64,000 nucleotides of DNA from Blasia pusilla (lineage: Eukaryota). Position numbers and translations under genes: made by a program. Of this stretch, positions 38,055 to 52,481 are shown one piece after another; positions within the stretch are counted from its first letter, which is position 1; every line of letters starts with the position of its first letter. The notes beneath the pieces were generated by a model that saw only the letters and a list, made by a program, of their open reading frames with translations, was not told the origin of the DNA and did not search any database. The stretch is taken from positions 22,320,001-22,384,000 of the forward strand of contig CM114271.1 in NCBI GenBank assembly GCA_050084515.1, written 5' to 3'.

Positions 38055-41000
38055 TTATCCAAGAATTTCTTTATATACTACATTCCGTGTATAGTCACCT
38101 TCCTTGTTTGAATGTTCATCGCTTCCAATTGTAATGTGGATAGAACTTCTCTTCCCTACTCTAGATAATGCTACATACAATTGGCCATGAGAAAATACTG
38201 GAGTAGGCAAGTAAATGCCCACCTTTTGCAAAGTTTGACCTTGGGACTTATTGGTAGTCATAGCAAAAGCCAGTCGAATAGGGAATTGAAACCTACGTAA
38301 ATCAAATGGCAAACCTGAATCTGATGCAGTCAATGGGATACGTGGAACAAAAATTCGACTCCAATATTCTTCCCTGTGATGATTTCATCATCTATGCAAT
38401 GTTGCATAAATCCACGAATCACCAATCTTGTCCCATTTGCTTGTCCATGTGCTCCATTCATGTTTCGTAACAACATGATTGGTCCCCCAATCTTCAAACA
38501 CAATCGGTGCGGAGGAAGTCCTGAAGGCAAGCATGTGTTCAAAAATTCAGTTGGATATACATGAGTCATCCCCTCGTTTGGAATAGAGTCAACGCTGAGG
38601 TAAACTTGCTCATGTACACAAAATATAATGAGTTTGTAAGAAAAGGTAATATTAATATCCAAACTTGTAATTGAATAACTCTTTTATAAAAATTAAAGGG
38701 ATTACCTCTCTTGGAAACCGCGACATTACGCTTGCATTTATGTCATCTACATCTTGATTTCTTAGAGTCAAAATTGCCGTATCTCTCAAGAAATCAATGT
38801 CATTGAATTCGGATGGAAATTTTCGATATATCAAATCAAGAAGATCACATATCGTATTACTTCTAGTAACAATTTCAGATGGTAATTGTATAAAATTTTC
38901 TCCCAAATGTGGATGCAAAGGTACACGACCCTCTCCCACTTCTAATAACCAATCAGCAAAAGCTTGTTGTTCACTACGCAAGTGACCTTCCAACCTCTGA
39001 ACTCGCATGTTTGTAGTAAACTTCATGACCTTTACATTAGACCAAAGAGATGACCTCTTTATGGTGGCTTGGATGATTTGCGGCCGATCCCCATGACAAA
39101 CAACAGGAAACACTTGACGAAAATCACCACCAAATACCATAAGTTTTCCACCAAATGGTAATTGTCGGTGTTCATCAGAAACAACTCCCATAATATCTTG
39201 TAAAGTCCGATTTACAACCTCAAATGCGTGACGATGAGCCATAGGAGCTTCATCCCATATAATAAGCATTGCATCACGGATTGAGCGCGCTCCATCACTA
39301 TTAACCAACAAACTACAGTAAGAAAAGGGGAGTAAATTAGAACTTGTGCCACGGTGGAGGAAATTAAACTTTTGCATCACGAAGGTGGCACTTACTTGTA
39401 AGTAGAGCTCTCATGAAGATTGATGGGGATTTTGAATCGCGAATGTGCAGTACGTCCTCCGTCTAACAATAGAGCAGCTATTCCAGATGACGCCACAGCC
39501 AAAGCTATACCTCTTGCACTCCTTACACTTGCAAGAAGAAGATTATGTAAAAATGTTTTTGCCGTTCCACCTGGGCCATCGATGAAAAAGAATTTTGGAG
39601 ATGGTGGAGCATCCAAGCATATTTTATCAAGCTCATCATGTATAGCTCCCAAATAATACGTTGTCCTTCATTTAGACATGTTTCTCCTAATTGCACTTGC
39701 TCAAATAGTTCTTCCGTATCATACAAAAGCTCTCGTTCCTCCAAATATGAATTTGATTGAAGTCGTTGGAAGTCAGGTTGGGGCATGTCTGGAAAGTCTC
39801 ACAGTCTTTTCCTTGATCTTGTAAATAATAATGGACTTCCAACAATGCAGTATTAACCATAGCATCTTCAACGGGAAGATTAGGAATTCCAATTTTCTAC
39901 AAAATAGGATGATAACCCAAAATTTGTAGACTTTTGAATGCTCAATAGAAGATACTATTAAGAATTAAAAAAATATGCAAGGGTATTAATGAATTCTTAC
40001 CATACGCCGTTCATATAAGAGATCTTCTACCATTAGAACCAAAAATTAACTCCAGAGTGTTGCAGGTTGAGCAGATGTGTTGTACGCTAGAATAATTGCA
40101 AATAGGCGACAAAGTGAAGAACCTGTACGAATTGTAGAAGCTTCTTCAAAGCAAGAGAAAACTTCCCTATTATCCTCAAGAAGTCCCAATTGGATAGAAG
40201 CCTCCTTGAATGTTGGACATAATATCCCATTAACAGTTCTCAAACATTCATACGTAGTTGATCCTCGAACATGATGGAGAAGTAATCTCAACCAATGACG
40301 TTCTCCTTCACCTATGAGGAATTAAACTAAATGAGTTTATCCCAACATGTAGATACACTGCTTTAGAGGTGGAATATAAAAGGAATTATGTACAAAGAAG
40401 TTGTGAGCATTTACCTGGATGAGTAAGGTATAAGCCACAACCATTTTGTTTTTGTACCCTACGAATCCATCTCTTGTTACTCCAACGATAATAAGAAGGA
40501 AAATCTATGTATAGATATTTTCGAGCACTGGAGTCAGATAGATTGGTTGCAAACCATTGGGTCAATGTTGTCTCTCTTTTTAGTTGCAAAATATCTCCAG
40601 GAGCGTCAACATCATTGAAGTAGACTAATTTTTGTTCTGGAAGATAGACTGCTAGTCGTACGATACTTGGAAGTTCAGCATGTAGACTAAACTTAAAGAG
40701 ACGCCAACATGCTTCCGAAGAAGATATATATCTAGAATAATGAGAATTCCAAGTATTTGAGTGAGAAATTACATGAGAAGGACTCTCCCATAATTACATG
40801 AAGTTGAGAAATAAAATATAATGCATCAGAGAAGTCAATCCATAAAATCATACCTTGCATCAAGATATGACATTGTCTCGTCAATAACTTCGATTACATT
40901 GGATGTATCCATATCCTTTGACAACTTAAATGACACAGCATCAGATCCTTTATAAACATATTTGTATAAGTACTTGACAGCAAAAACACTACTTGTAATC

Positions 41001-43820
41001 TCCAAATTAATGTGACAATCAAATAGGATGCATAACATCAGATTGTAAGGTACAACCCAACGATTATCCAATGAATATTCGCTCTTAATTATCGCCCTTC
41101 CATTCTCCAATCTACAAAAATACAATAACAATCGTAATTAATCATGAATGAATGTATTAGAAGGAATCATGCATACATATGCCTAAAAAATAAAAGGGTC
41201 CTCACCTACGATATATCGGATAACCATCTTATGTTTCGGTACTGTTGGCCGCAAAAGCTTTAGGATAGCCTTTTGTACATTTTTTTGTTTCCTTATCCAT
41301 ACACATATCATTTGGATTTAATGGTCCACATGGATCGTGAACCACGCAATTAGCAACGGTAGAATACAACCTTAGATGGGTAGATTGATCAGGGATTTCA
41401 GTTGAAATGATTCGATCATAATCACTTGTGGTACGTGGTTTATCCTCACGACCTAAAATAATAAGGACATGCACATGCGGTAAGCCTCTTTTTTGGAATT
41501 CCACCACATGGATGCATCCTACAACTCGGCCTAATATCTGTTTCTTGATGATAAGTCGTAACAACTCCTTCTTTTTCTTCTCAAAAACCCGCACAACCAA
41601 ATCTGGTCGGTCTACAGCTGATTGGCCCGGTAATAGGGCTGAAGTAATCTCCTCCCACTTTGGATTGCATGTCATGGTTAAGAAGTAGTCAAGCTTCCCA
41701 AAATGTCGTACAATTGCCATTGCATCCTGATACAATTGATGCATATGACGTGGCCCTCTAGTAAAAGAAGAAGGTAATATAATTCGTTTCCCAAGCCTTC
41801 GGCTATCCGCATCTTGTCGATGCATGGCATCCTTTACACCTTGATATAATTCAGCCCTCAACTCCTTATGATTTAAGCGCACCCATAATAATCGTTGCAT
41901 TTCCACAATGGCATAGAGGTCAACCATATATTCTTGAGTAAGTCGACGAAGCCGCAATAAGCGATTGTCATCTTCTCCTCCAACCTGAGTTTGAAGTCGA
42001 AAACATGCAAATTGCAAGGCCGTAACACATTTTGTTCTTCTTTCCTCAACAATATCACCATAAACTATGTCCTCATCCATGCAATCATCTGCAGGTTCAG
42101 GATGTCCCTCCTCTCCATGAATAATGTGGCCCAATCGTCGGGATTCCCTACAACCTTCAATTCGCCCAAAGGGTATTCCAGGATGCCAATCTGCTTCACC
42201 ATAGATAAATAACAAAACAAAGTGTAAGGGAATATATGCTTCATTGAGGTCGGATATACGTTTGACTCCTCCTCCATGTAGTCGTACAATTATATCACGA
42301 TGCTCAACGTGTTCACTTCCATCACCCGGAAAAATAGCATCAACTTCAAACGCAATTAGTAAGTTATAACGCCTTGCATCAGGTCTTCTCTTACTTGCCT
42401 TGAGGATAATCCGCACATTAAGATCACTTGCTTCATATGCCATATGACGAAAGATCTTCACATATGGATTGCATTCATGTAACATGTCTTGGAGACCTTT
42501 CAAAATATCCATATTAAGAATAGAAGATGTAGACATAACTCTAGCACGATTTTCCAATTCATTTGTAGTATCATGGATGTATAGTTGAGCAAATTGAGGA
42601 TGTCCCCCAATATCAGGATGTAAAGGTCCAATGGAATGATAGATCCCGCCTTGGACCCTAAAGTGTCCAGTGCCACCAATTTGTTCGTTTACATGTACCC
42701 CGGTAGATGCAAGTTGAAGTGCCGAATTATAAGCTCGAGCATGAGTAAGAAAATGAACGCTTCTAGGACTAGCACCCGAAATCAAGGATTTCAGAAATGG
42801 AGGAGATGATCTCAAGAGAGGTAAGTATATTCTTCCATGGCCACAACACATGCCATATGGTGAGTCACCAAACTTAATACCTTTGACCACTTCACATTTC
42901 CAATGCAAAGCACGACATGAGGGACATATCTCTGTCATAGAACCTAATGTATGACGACCGCTGGTACGATTCAAACTCCTTTGTAATTGCAACTTTCAAA
43001 TATCACTTTCTTGAAAATTTGGCCTCCTTGCAAGATTGAGAGTTGTATTTAATCTTACAACTCTATCAAGGGTAGACGATCCATAAATTATAGAAGTGTT
43101 TGGTACAGTGGCACGTTGTGGAGATAACAAAACTCCATTAGGAGACATGGCATCTACTCTTGACCTTGATTCATCCCCGAGTTGGGAAAAAGTTGACGAA
43201 TTGTTGAAAACTTCATCTGGAATAGGAATAGGAAGAGTGGTCGACGAATTGTCGACAACTTCATCTTGAACTTGAATAGGAAGAGCGGTCGACGAATTTT
43301 TTACAACTTCATCTTGAATTGGAATAGGAGGAGTGGTAGGTAACTCAACTTGTGGTGGCCCAATCGTGGATGTATTCTCGATAACTTCATGAAATGCATT
43401 GTCAACTAACTCGAGTCTTGGCGATATATAAATATAATCCGTCGAGTGTTCGCTCACTTCTTGATTTTCTTCTACTATTATTCCATCTTCATTTGAAGGC
43501 CTGAGAAAATATGTCAAAATATTGATAAGAATAAATACAAATCAAATATGGAGTAAATCAAGTAGTTATGAAGTGAATAGTTAGATAAAGGTACCTATTC
43601 AATGGAATAGGTGCAATACTCTCAGGCTGAACTTGACCATTAAGCCCTTTCCTTCTTTTTCTATACTCTCGATAGTAATTCCTCTTTTTTTCTTTGAGAG
43701 CTTCCATTCTATCAGCCCGAATAGCACGCTTTCGTTTTTGGGCTTCGCCACGTAGAACCTTCCAAAAGTCACGTATATTGACAGGATTCAATGGGATTGG
43801 AAGTCTGGAACAACACATGA
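38055..43820 (-). pseudogene. Helitron RepHel (Zn finger, HUH/Y2 Rep and PIF1 helicase), multi-intron and disrupted
   Basis: Motifs: CPSCRALHW...CCGHG; VVEFQKRGLPHVHVLI (HUH); KYLYKYVYKG (Y2); FFIDGPGGTAKT (Walker A with G>A); [31 protein letters not shown]. In-frame stop at 41229-41231 and several frameshifts. Confidence 0.93.
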
Positions 43821-44589
43821 ATGTTAAAAGCTTACAAAATTAAATGAAAAGTCAATATTTGGTGGGAAATTGGACAGGCGAAATGAACGTCGATGTAGTA
43901 AACTTACGTTGGAGATGTTTCAGGTCGGAGTTCATCTTCGAGACGTGTTTGTTGAGCTAAGATTTCCTTGCGACGGACACGCCTTTTTTGTTGTGCATTC
44001 GCATGCATCAATTTTCGGAAGTCACGCAAATCCGTAGGATTTGATGGAAGAGGAAGTATGTGCAAAAATTGGGTTTAATGCATGAGAAAAATATATTGTC
44101 GAGAAAATGGTATGTAAGGCATCATCGTTGAAATGGAAATAAGATGCTTAAGTCCCTACCCTAAGCAAAGGTTCTTACATCGGGGAGGTATTCTTCGATA
44201 CTTCAATATGTCTTCCCGAACTTTGTTGCGAAATTGGCATATTTGTAATAATACCAAGTGGCCGTCTCTCCCTGTTTAGTGACGATCCGCCAACACTCAT
44301 CATCTACATGACACACAACGGAAGTATTGAGAATTGAAATAAAATGACCAAAAGAAGAAAGAATAAAAAGAAAAGAAAAGAAAAGAGGAGAGAAGAGAAA
44401 GGAAATTAGTAAGGGCAAATTTTCATTTCCAATTTGATTTTCTTTAAAAATTATAAATTGAATGAAAAAAAAAGAGAATATGAAATTTATAAAATAAAAT
44501 TTAGTGAAAGAAAAGAATTTAGGGAAGAAGGGTAAGGGGGGAGATTTATTTTAATAAAAATTATAAATTGAAAGAAAAACAAAGAGTCG

Positions 44590-47500
44590 GAAAGAGTCAA
44601 CCTGGAACCCCTTTGGGAACTCGGGGACGAGGAGCCGACCAAATCAACTAGAAAGAAAAGCATCAAGCTTGGGACCCAAGAGACCATTCCCAATGGCCAA
44701 CACTAGGAAGAAGAAGACGTTTGCGTGGGGGGAGATGATTTGACAACTTTTGTTGAATTTTTTGCCAAGGCTAATGGGGAAGGGGCAGAGGAGGAAAGTC
44801 TTTCTGGCCTCGCTAAGAAGCGAGCAAGCCAATTAGAAATTGGAAAAGGATACTGGAGGCCTTTCTTCATGAGTTCCATGAAGTTCGAGGACATGCTTCT
44901 TAAAAAGGTACCCGAAAGGTAAAAGAAGAAATTCAAGGAATACACCCAAAGGTTTCAAGCCTTTGAATAAAAATTGGTAGATTGGTTTATTCTGGACTGC
45001 CCAAAGAAATGGACTGCATCGCTTCGGCGAGGCCAACCATTCCGGAAGCAATCATAAAAAGGCCTCGAGAAGTTATGTAAAAGATGGTGTCACCAACGAA
45101 CAGAAACTAGTGCTTCGTCCGAGGGCGGCGTCTTCCAAAACCTAACATCGGGACACTTGAGTCCTCGGACTCCAAAAAAGATTTAAAATCTAAGCGGAAA
45201 AGAAAAAAGCACGCGCCACCACTCTCCCAAGCATCGACGGAAGACCCGACCAACCAAGTACCTTCCCCAGCAGTCGGAAAGTCCAGTGAGGGGGACAGCG
45301 AGGAAGGCAGGCAAGTCTGCCATTGAAGAGCTAAGTAAACAAATGGTGGAATTGAATGTACATCTGGCGGCCCAGTAGGATCCCAAAAGTCAACCAGGTC
45401 TGATGAGACCCAACATCTGGTGCAGTAACTGCGGAACCCAAGGGCATCTTGCCAGAATGTCAAAGAGAGATTTACGTTGGATCCAGGAAGATCCAATTAC
45501 AGAAGAAGGGTGGTATGAACCCGAACAGTGGGAAGGGTGCTATGCAATCCAAGCTGTGCCACCACCTAATCCCGGATGAAGATGGATCACCCGATATGTG
45601 CCTCCAGAATACCGGGAATAGAGACCCCTAAGACAGTTATGGGTGTGGCGGCCTTCACGTGGGCGGTGACCATTGGGCTAATAATTGCCCAAATCCAAAG
45701 CGCCAAGAGGGACTTAATCCATTGTGCGGAAATTGCAAGAAGGGGGCACCTGGAATGCCCAGAGCCCAAGGTCCCGCCCACCCAACCAGAGTCCGAGAAT
45801 GACGTAAATGTGCAACTTGTCCGAGTGGAAGAGTTAGGTTCCCTGTGCCCTAGTCACTATCCACAGACGGCGGCCAAAGAATCATCAGACTGGCCCAAGG
45901 AGCTCCAAAACACCATTCTTGATGTCACCACGAGGTCCAAGAATCAGACCGCTGGGACCCCCAAGGCAAGGAAAGGTGCTTCGTCTTCGCGCGAAGCTAA
46001 AGACCCCAAGACGAAAAGTGTCAACGCCTTTCGCATCGGGAAGGCCATCCTAAAAGGCGATGTTGACCTGGCCTTTGATCGAAGTCACCCTAAGTACTTC
46101 CATCAGGATATCGAGGACCAGGTTTGGGCTCAAGTGCACCAGGACCAAGGGCCAGAAGGGAGGCAGACCACAGAGAAGACGAGAACCGGGACGACTCCGA
46201 CAGTGCAAGCCATCGTGATGTCACCTTTGGTCTTAGAAGCCTACGACTTACTCAGGGACTTGGTATCAACCCCGGCCAATATAACCCTGCGGAAATTATT
46301 AATGGATAACCCTGTGTATGGCAAAATTTTGCAGCAAAGATGGAAGATAAGCCCAAAACCAAGAAGTTTGCAAACAATCTACCAGTAGTGGATTTGTTCT
46401 GTATCAAAGTGGAAGATTTGGGAGCCCTAGAGGTAGAAGTGAAGATTGAGGGAAGGGGTGAGCGACTGGCTGAAGCTCCACAAAAGGGCAAAGCGCGAGG
46501 ATATTGGAACTTCGCGAAGCGCGATTATGGGAGCTTCGGAGAGGCGCAAAGCGTGAGAGTTCTTGAGCTTTGCAAAGAAGCGAAGCACCAAAATTGACTA
46601 TTGCATCCCGTCGCCAACACCAAGAGCCCACATAACGCTGGGACTATACAAGCGCCCCTACCGAACGGACGGGTATTTTCATGGACGAAGTCACCACAAA
46701 GTTGCGTAGAAGACCAAAACAAGGCAGGGAGTATTTCGAAACACCCTCATAACTAGAACCCGGAACTCAGGAGGACTCTGACGAGACGCCTCGTGCTAGC
46801 GATCACCATCCTGCACTTCGTCTCATGTCCTGCGACCAACGACATGGTGTGGTTCTGAATTTTCCACGGTCATGAATCAACTTCAACATGTTCTCCACTT
46901 GGAAGACACAGCGACGGTGGACGAGTATTTACAAGCCCTTGATGATCTCAACTATAGGGCCCAAGCTTCGTCCGAGAACGAAGCATGGCGCAAAGTGGCG
47001 GAAGCAAATCTTCACCGTGATCAAGAACTTGAAGACACGAAGACGACGCCGCAAAGTTCAAAGCGACTTGGTCTAGAGTCAATACAAAGCACTAACGCAC
47101 GCCAATGGGAGAGCTTGGCGATTAACCTAGAGTGTGGGGTGATCGTTCAGTCAAGGAAGCTTCGCAACTTATTCAACAATATCGACACCAAATGCATAGT
47201 GTTAGCAACGAATTCAAGAAATTGGCCATACTACATGCTCAATCTTCGAAGTTGCTTCAAGAACATCAAGAAACAAACCAAAACTTAGTGACGCAGTTGG
47301 TTGGAGGCTACTGAGGAGGAACCCTGTCTTGGAGGCAGAACAGAAGCTTCGCTCAATGAAGTACTGATTATACCCGGGAAGATGTCAAGGAGCTAGTCGA
47401 CGAAGCAAGCAAGAATTTTGAACGACAAATGAGCGAGAAGATCGACTATGTCAACAAAAATTGAAGCTTTCGACAACCATACTAAGTCTCTCTCGGAAGT

Positions 47501-49062
47501 TGTTCCCAACCTCTCAATTACTTTTGAAGAAATACCACTATTTTACTCCATCCGATGTCTTAGTCCGTAACAAAGTATTAGGAAGTACGCTAGTTGTTAA
47601 TAAATTGTGAGAAAGAATGCTAATCACACCCCAACATTATCAACAAACCTTCTACTATTCACGGTCGTTTGCGCCTACACTTGAGTTTGACACTTTAGAG
47701 GATACTTTTATGGAGTTACAAGAAACATCGTGAAGTGTTCGCCGGGGCCGATCACATTTGAGGGAGGGGGTATGTGATACCCACAATTTTGTACTTTTGA
47801 AGAAATACATCTTTTTATTCAACGAAGACTTGTATATACATTATGATTTTGATTATTATATATTATTATGGGAAGGAATGAGTAAGATTAAAGTGAATCA
47901 CAAAGCTCCAAGGACAAGGCAAAGAGATAGAAAATCAAGGATTTGCCTAAGAGGAGAGGAGACTAAAATAACAAAGTCTCAAGATCCAGCAAGAAGCTTC
48001 GGAACGACAACGAAGCATAGCGAAGCTCAACGAAGCTCTGTCTATGAAGTGCTTCGCTCTATAACGAAGCATAACGAAGAAGAAGAAGAGAAAGAACTAC
48101 TTTGCTCTTGTAGGAAGCACGAAGAACGAAGCACCTGGAACAAGAACCAAGAATGGAGAGCTTCGTCTTCAGATGATGAGAAAGAGCTTTGTGCTCAAGC
48201 GAAGCAAAGAGGTCCTTTGTTAGTCTTAGCTTCGCTTCACTTAGCAAAGTGAAGTTAAGACTAAGACAAAGTGATTTTGCAACACATAGTTAGAACATTT
48301 ATAATAGGAAGAGACGCAACCCTTTGTATCAAATTGGTAGTTATGACAATTTTGTTCTGCGAATTCATAGGGATCATAGGAAAAGCAAAGAGCACCATAG
48401 ATCTAGGTAGTTACAAAAGTTGAAGAGCCACCACCTTCATCAAAATCGCTTCGAATCTTTGGATCAATCCTCCTTCAGAGAGTATTTAAGAAGCAATGAA
48501 AGTAGCTATCATCATCATTCTCTTACGAAATCCTTATCTTTGAGGAATGGTCCGAGCAAGGGAGTAGTACCCTCGAGCTTGTATACACTTTGAAGCTTTC
48601 TCATTCTTGATGGAGTAGTAAAGCAACAATTCCTTCATTCTGATGTGCAATGCTTATGTCAGAGTATTCTTATTGGGTCTGCAGAATGAGGAGTGAATCA
48701 GGCGAACCTTTCTCATCAATCGAATAATCAACATAGAGTTATAGGAAATCTGTTTGACAAAGAGTAGCCTGCCGAGACGGATTGAGTTTCAAAAGTAGGA
48801 GAAGCTACCTTTCATGTTGAGGTCTCTGTGAGGGTTCTTGAGATCGAGAGGAAATCTACCTGAGCGTGCTATCAACTCCACTAGAGAGAATTGAGAAAAG
48901 AAACTTTGGTACTAAGAAAGATCCGAAGATATCGATAAGACATTGAATATAAATCATACACCTTTAAATATAACTATTACAACAGAATTGTAATTTCGAA
49001 CTCTCTTTTCATAAAAAAATGATGCTCTTGGGGATCGAACTTATTAAGTGACCGTTGTCGCA
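44590..49062 (+). mobile_element. 5'-truncated LTR retroelement nested in the Helitron: decayed gag with Zn knuckles, coiled-coil-like 3' ORF, PPT and ~1.29-kb 3' LTR (47773-49062); no RT visible
   Basis: IWCSNCGTQGH (~45415-45450) and further broken CxxC/HWANNCP knuckles at ~45635-45760. PPT GAGGGAGGGGG at 47760-47770, then TA and TGTGATAC. Candidate LTR end GTTGTCGCA at 49062. Confidence 0.65.
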
Positions 49063-49571
49063 TAGTAAAATCAGCCAATGTGTAAACTCCTTCCTCGTTA
49101 AGTGTTAGATAGATTTTTATTAGTATTAAGTAAATTAGCTTAGGAAAAGGAAATTCCCATGTTTAAACCTCTTTATGGTACCTCTTTTATGCGGGCCCAA
49201 CTTTAGGAAAAGAGGTCATAAATAAAAGATGACTTTATAAAAATAAAGTAGTGAGGTTGATGCTTTAATGAAAAGCAAAAGTAGGCTTGGTTGGTGGATA
49301 GGTTAGTTGGGGTAATTTGGAAAATATCAAGTGGGTAAAAGAGGATATTTTGGAAGAGATAAGAGGAAATCTACTTGTGTCAAAATGTGATTGGCTAAGC
49401 CTTGAGAGGAAGCCATGTGGCACAAGATAAGATTAGCTCTATTTCGTACTCTTGTGGGTCTCTTGTGAGTATATAAAGAGGAGGGACCTTCAAGGGTTCA
49501 TCACTTTCTATTCCACATGTTGAGTCTTTCGTGTCACTCTTGAGTGTATGACTTTGGGATTGCTTGCTCTT

Positions 49572-49772
49572 CCAATGAGAGTGGATCACCCCTCTTGGGA
49601 GAGTAACTTGACCATGACCTATTCTTCGAGAGGTTTATAGAGTGTGGTGTGTGTGTGTGTGTGGAGATGAGAGGTTTGTCACCTTAGAGGAGTTTAGTCA
49701 TAGTAAAATAGTGAATATTTTGGCTTGTTACTTCCCCAATGAGAGTGGATTACCCCTCTTGGGAGAATAACT
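49572..49772. repeat. ~37-bp direct repeat pair flanking a (GT)n run
   Basis: CCAATGAGAGTGGAT(C/T)ACCCCTCTTGGGAGA(G/A)TAACT at ~49572 and ~49736. Confidence 0.85.
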
Positions 49773-52481
49773 CCGCCAAAACCCATTCTTGAGGAGAGTA
49801 GAGAATGTCTGTCAAGCATGGATAGGGGTGGAGCACGAGTTGTGCCCGACTTTTCTTTCCTTAATCCATACCATGTCAAGATACTCTTTGTAGATAGGCA
49901 CTGGTTCACTCGCTATTTAGTTTATCACTTTGGGGAGGCGTTCATGAACCAGGTCATTCAATCTCCAACTCCGGTGATCCTTCCTATCGTCATATATGGA
50001 AGGACATGGGATTGTACTTTGTATGTCCTTATATAGCAATCCATGGACGTCAATAGACCTGCTCAAGTAGGGTTTAATACTAGTTATGCTATCTTCCTCA
50101 TATACAAGCGTAAAATAGTTGATAGGGATTTTATAGTTATGAATTTTGGGGTCCGATGTTATGAAGAAGTGATCGCCTCGGCACTTCCATTTGTGATACC
50201 AGTCGTGAGAGAATGGAGAGTATATATAATAATTTTAAATTGAAAAAGGAGATCGTCTCAGAGAGTTCATCTTGGATCGAGCCACTCCCCGCCAGCCTAG
50301 AAGGCCTGCCCTTACTCGAAGAAAGACTCTCGACACGACACCGTAAAACAGAAACTCTTGTACATTACACTTCACGAGGAAGGAGTTTACACACAGGCTG
50401 ATTTTACTATACGATACCGGTCTCTGGGATAGTTTAACAATATGGAATTCCAATCATTGAGGTGGATTGCAACAACAAAAGGTGGCAGGAGATGTGGTGG
50501 GGAGCTTATTCTGTCCCCTTCTTCCTCTTACAGATTTAAGATCGAGACATCGAAGTCTCAAGACGGGTGATCTTCTTGTTGCTTATTGCGTCGATCAGCT
50601 TGCTGATCTCGCAAAGAGGGCCAGGAGACTTCCATTGCGTGGATGACCCCTAAACCCAACCCCTGAGCACGCCCGGGAGGAGGCAATTGCGGGCGCGGAG
50701 GGATTCTTCCTAAATCACGGATGTGCCTTTGTTGTCCGCGCCCGTTCTTTCCTTTCTCCAATTTTCCTTCTGCCCACTTCGTCCCTTCCTCGTCGGTTTT
50801 AGGGAAAGAAAAGAATTTAGGGAAGAAGAGTTAGGGGGAAGATTTATTTTCATTTTCTAAAAAATTAGAAATTGTAAATAATTGGGAAATAATTGGGAAA
50901 AAAAGGTTAAAAAGGAGAAATTTACATTTAAAAAAATTTTGTGAGGAAATTCATTAAAAAAACCCATGTTCGATAGGCCGAACCTGGCCCTAACCTAACA
51001 TTCCCAACCCTAGCCCTGATCCGAGCCCCGCCCCCGTGCATGCGCCGCCTTCGAATCCTAGGGTCGTTGGCTGATCACTCTCCCATCTAACGGCCAGGAA
51101 AAAGAGGCCGTTAGATGGTGCATCTGACGGCTCACGGTGAGCCGTGAGCAGTCACCCTACACCCTACACCCTTCCCCCTCCACCCTCCCCCCTCCACCCT
51201 TCCCCCTACCCAATCTCCCTAAACCCCTTCACTCCCACTCCCACCCCCACTCTCAGTCGCTCGCCCTTGCGAGCCCATCCGTCCACCCTCCTCTCCGATC
51301 GCCCGCTCTCTGAGTGCGCCCGCTCTCTGAGTGCGTCATACTGGCTTGAGCACGCCCCTCCTTCCGGCTCGTGCGCGCTCGAGCACTCCAGAACTCCGAC
51401 TCCTGTTTTTCGGCGGCTGCGCTCATTTTCGGCTCATTTTGAGCACTCCAAAACTCCGACTCCTCCCGGCTCGGCGCCCGAACTCCGACTTGCATGCTTG
51501 GGCTCATTTTCGGCTCATTTTTTGCTAGGCTCATTTTCGTTTAGGGTTTTCGTTGGGTACTATGCACCTTACCTTTCAGATGATGGAATTTGTCTGTCTT
51601 TCCCTAGGTTGCTAATTTACTCTCTTGCTAGCTCTCTCCGCCCTCCTCTCCGATCCCTCAGGCGCCCGCGCTCTGAGTGCGTTATACATGAGCGCTTGAG
51701 CGCGCCCCTCCGTCCGGCTCGTGCAGTCCCAGTCCCCCTCTCCCAGTCCGTGCTGGGCTTGTACACCTCGGTGCTTGAACATCTCCCGTGAGAATCGCCT
51801 TTCAAACTCAATCTGCACATTGAAGGTCAGTTTTGGTTTTGTGACAGTCAAGCTTATCCCCTTTCCGGTTCTGCTCTTCGGTGTTCTTGATTGACTTCTT
51901 TCCCTAACTCTCCGGCTCTCAGGTTATCTTGCTAGGCTCTCTTGCTACTTGTTCGACTCTGGGTATTTTTGACGGTCGAGCTCTCTTGCTAGTTGTTTGA
52001 CTCGGGTGCTTTTGACTGTCGGGCTCTCACAACCTTGCAGATCGGGTCTCGGGGATTTCTTCACGGTCGCGCTCTCACAACATTGCACATCGGGTCTCGG
52101 GGATTTAGTTTGGCTACTGTGCTTTTGATGGTCGGGCTCGTTTGATAGTACACTCTTTCGGCATAGCGCAGCCCGATTGGTAGGGTGCTAGGGATCGGTA
52201 GCCCGTTGGGCTACCAATCCCTAGCACTTCGGCTACAGTGTCTCTTTTGACAGCTAGGCTATTGGTCTCCGAAGCTATTTCTCTCCTATTACACATGTAC
52301 ACCTGGGACACGTAGGGGCAAAATGGGTGGAGTTAGTACTCAAGTTGAATACTGAAAGAGGGGTTGGCAGAGACATTCAAAAAACTTTTATGTCGCTTTC
52401 ATTTCAAAGTAAGCAGTACATGACTATTTGATTTACTCTACTCCTAATCGGCATGCTCAGTCATTCTCCTAGATCCCAAAT

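Noticed and set aside
44505-50870. AT/purine-rich block repeated at ~44505 and ~50803 as a target-site duplication
   Set aside because: Too long and too diverged for a TSD. It looks like Helitron internal tandem repeats split by the nested insertion.
51144-51791. 215-aa Pro/Ser-rich ORF
   Set aside because: Arises from C-rich low-complexity and short internal repeats of the Helitron; no domain signal.
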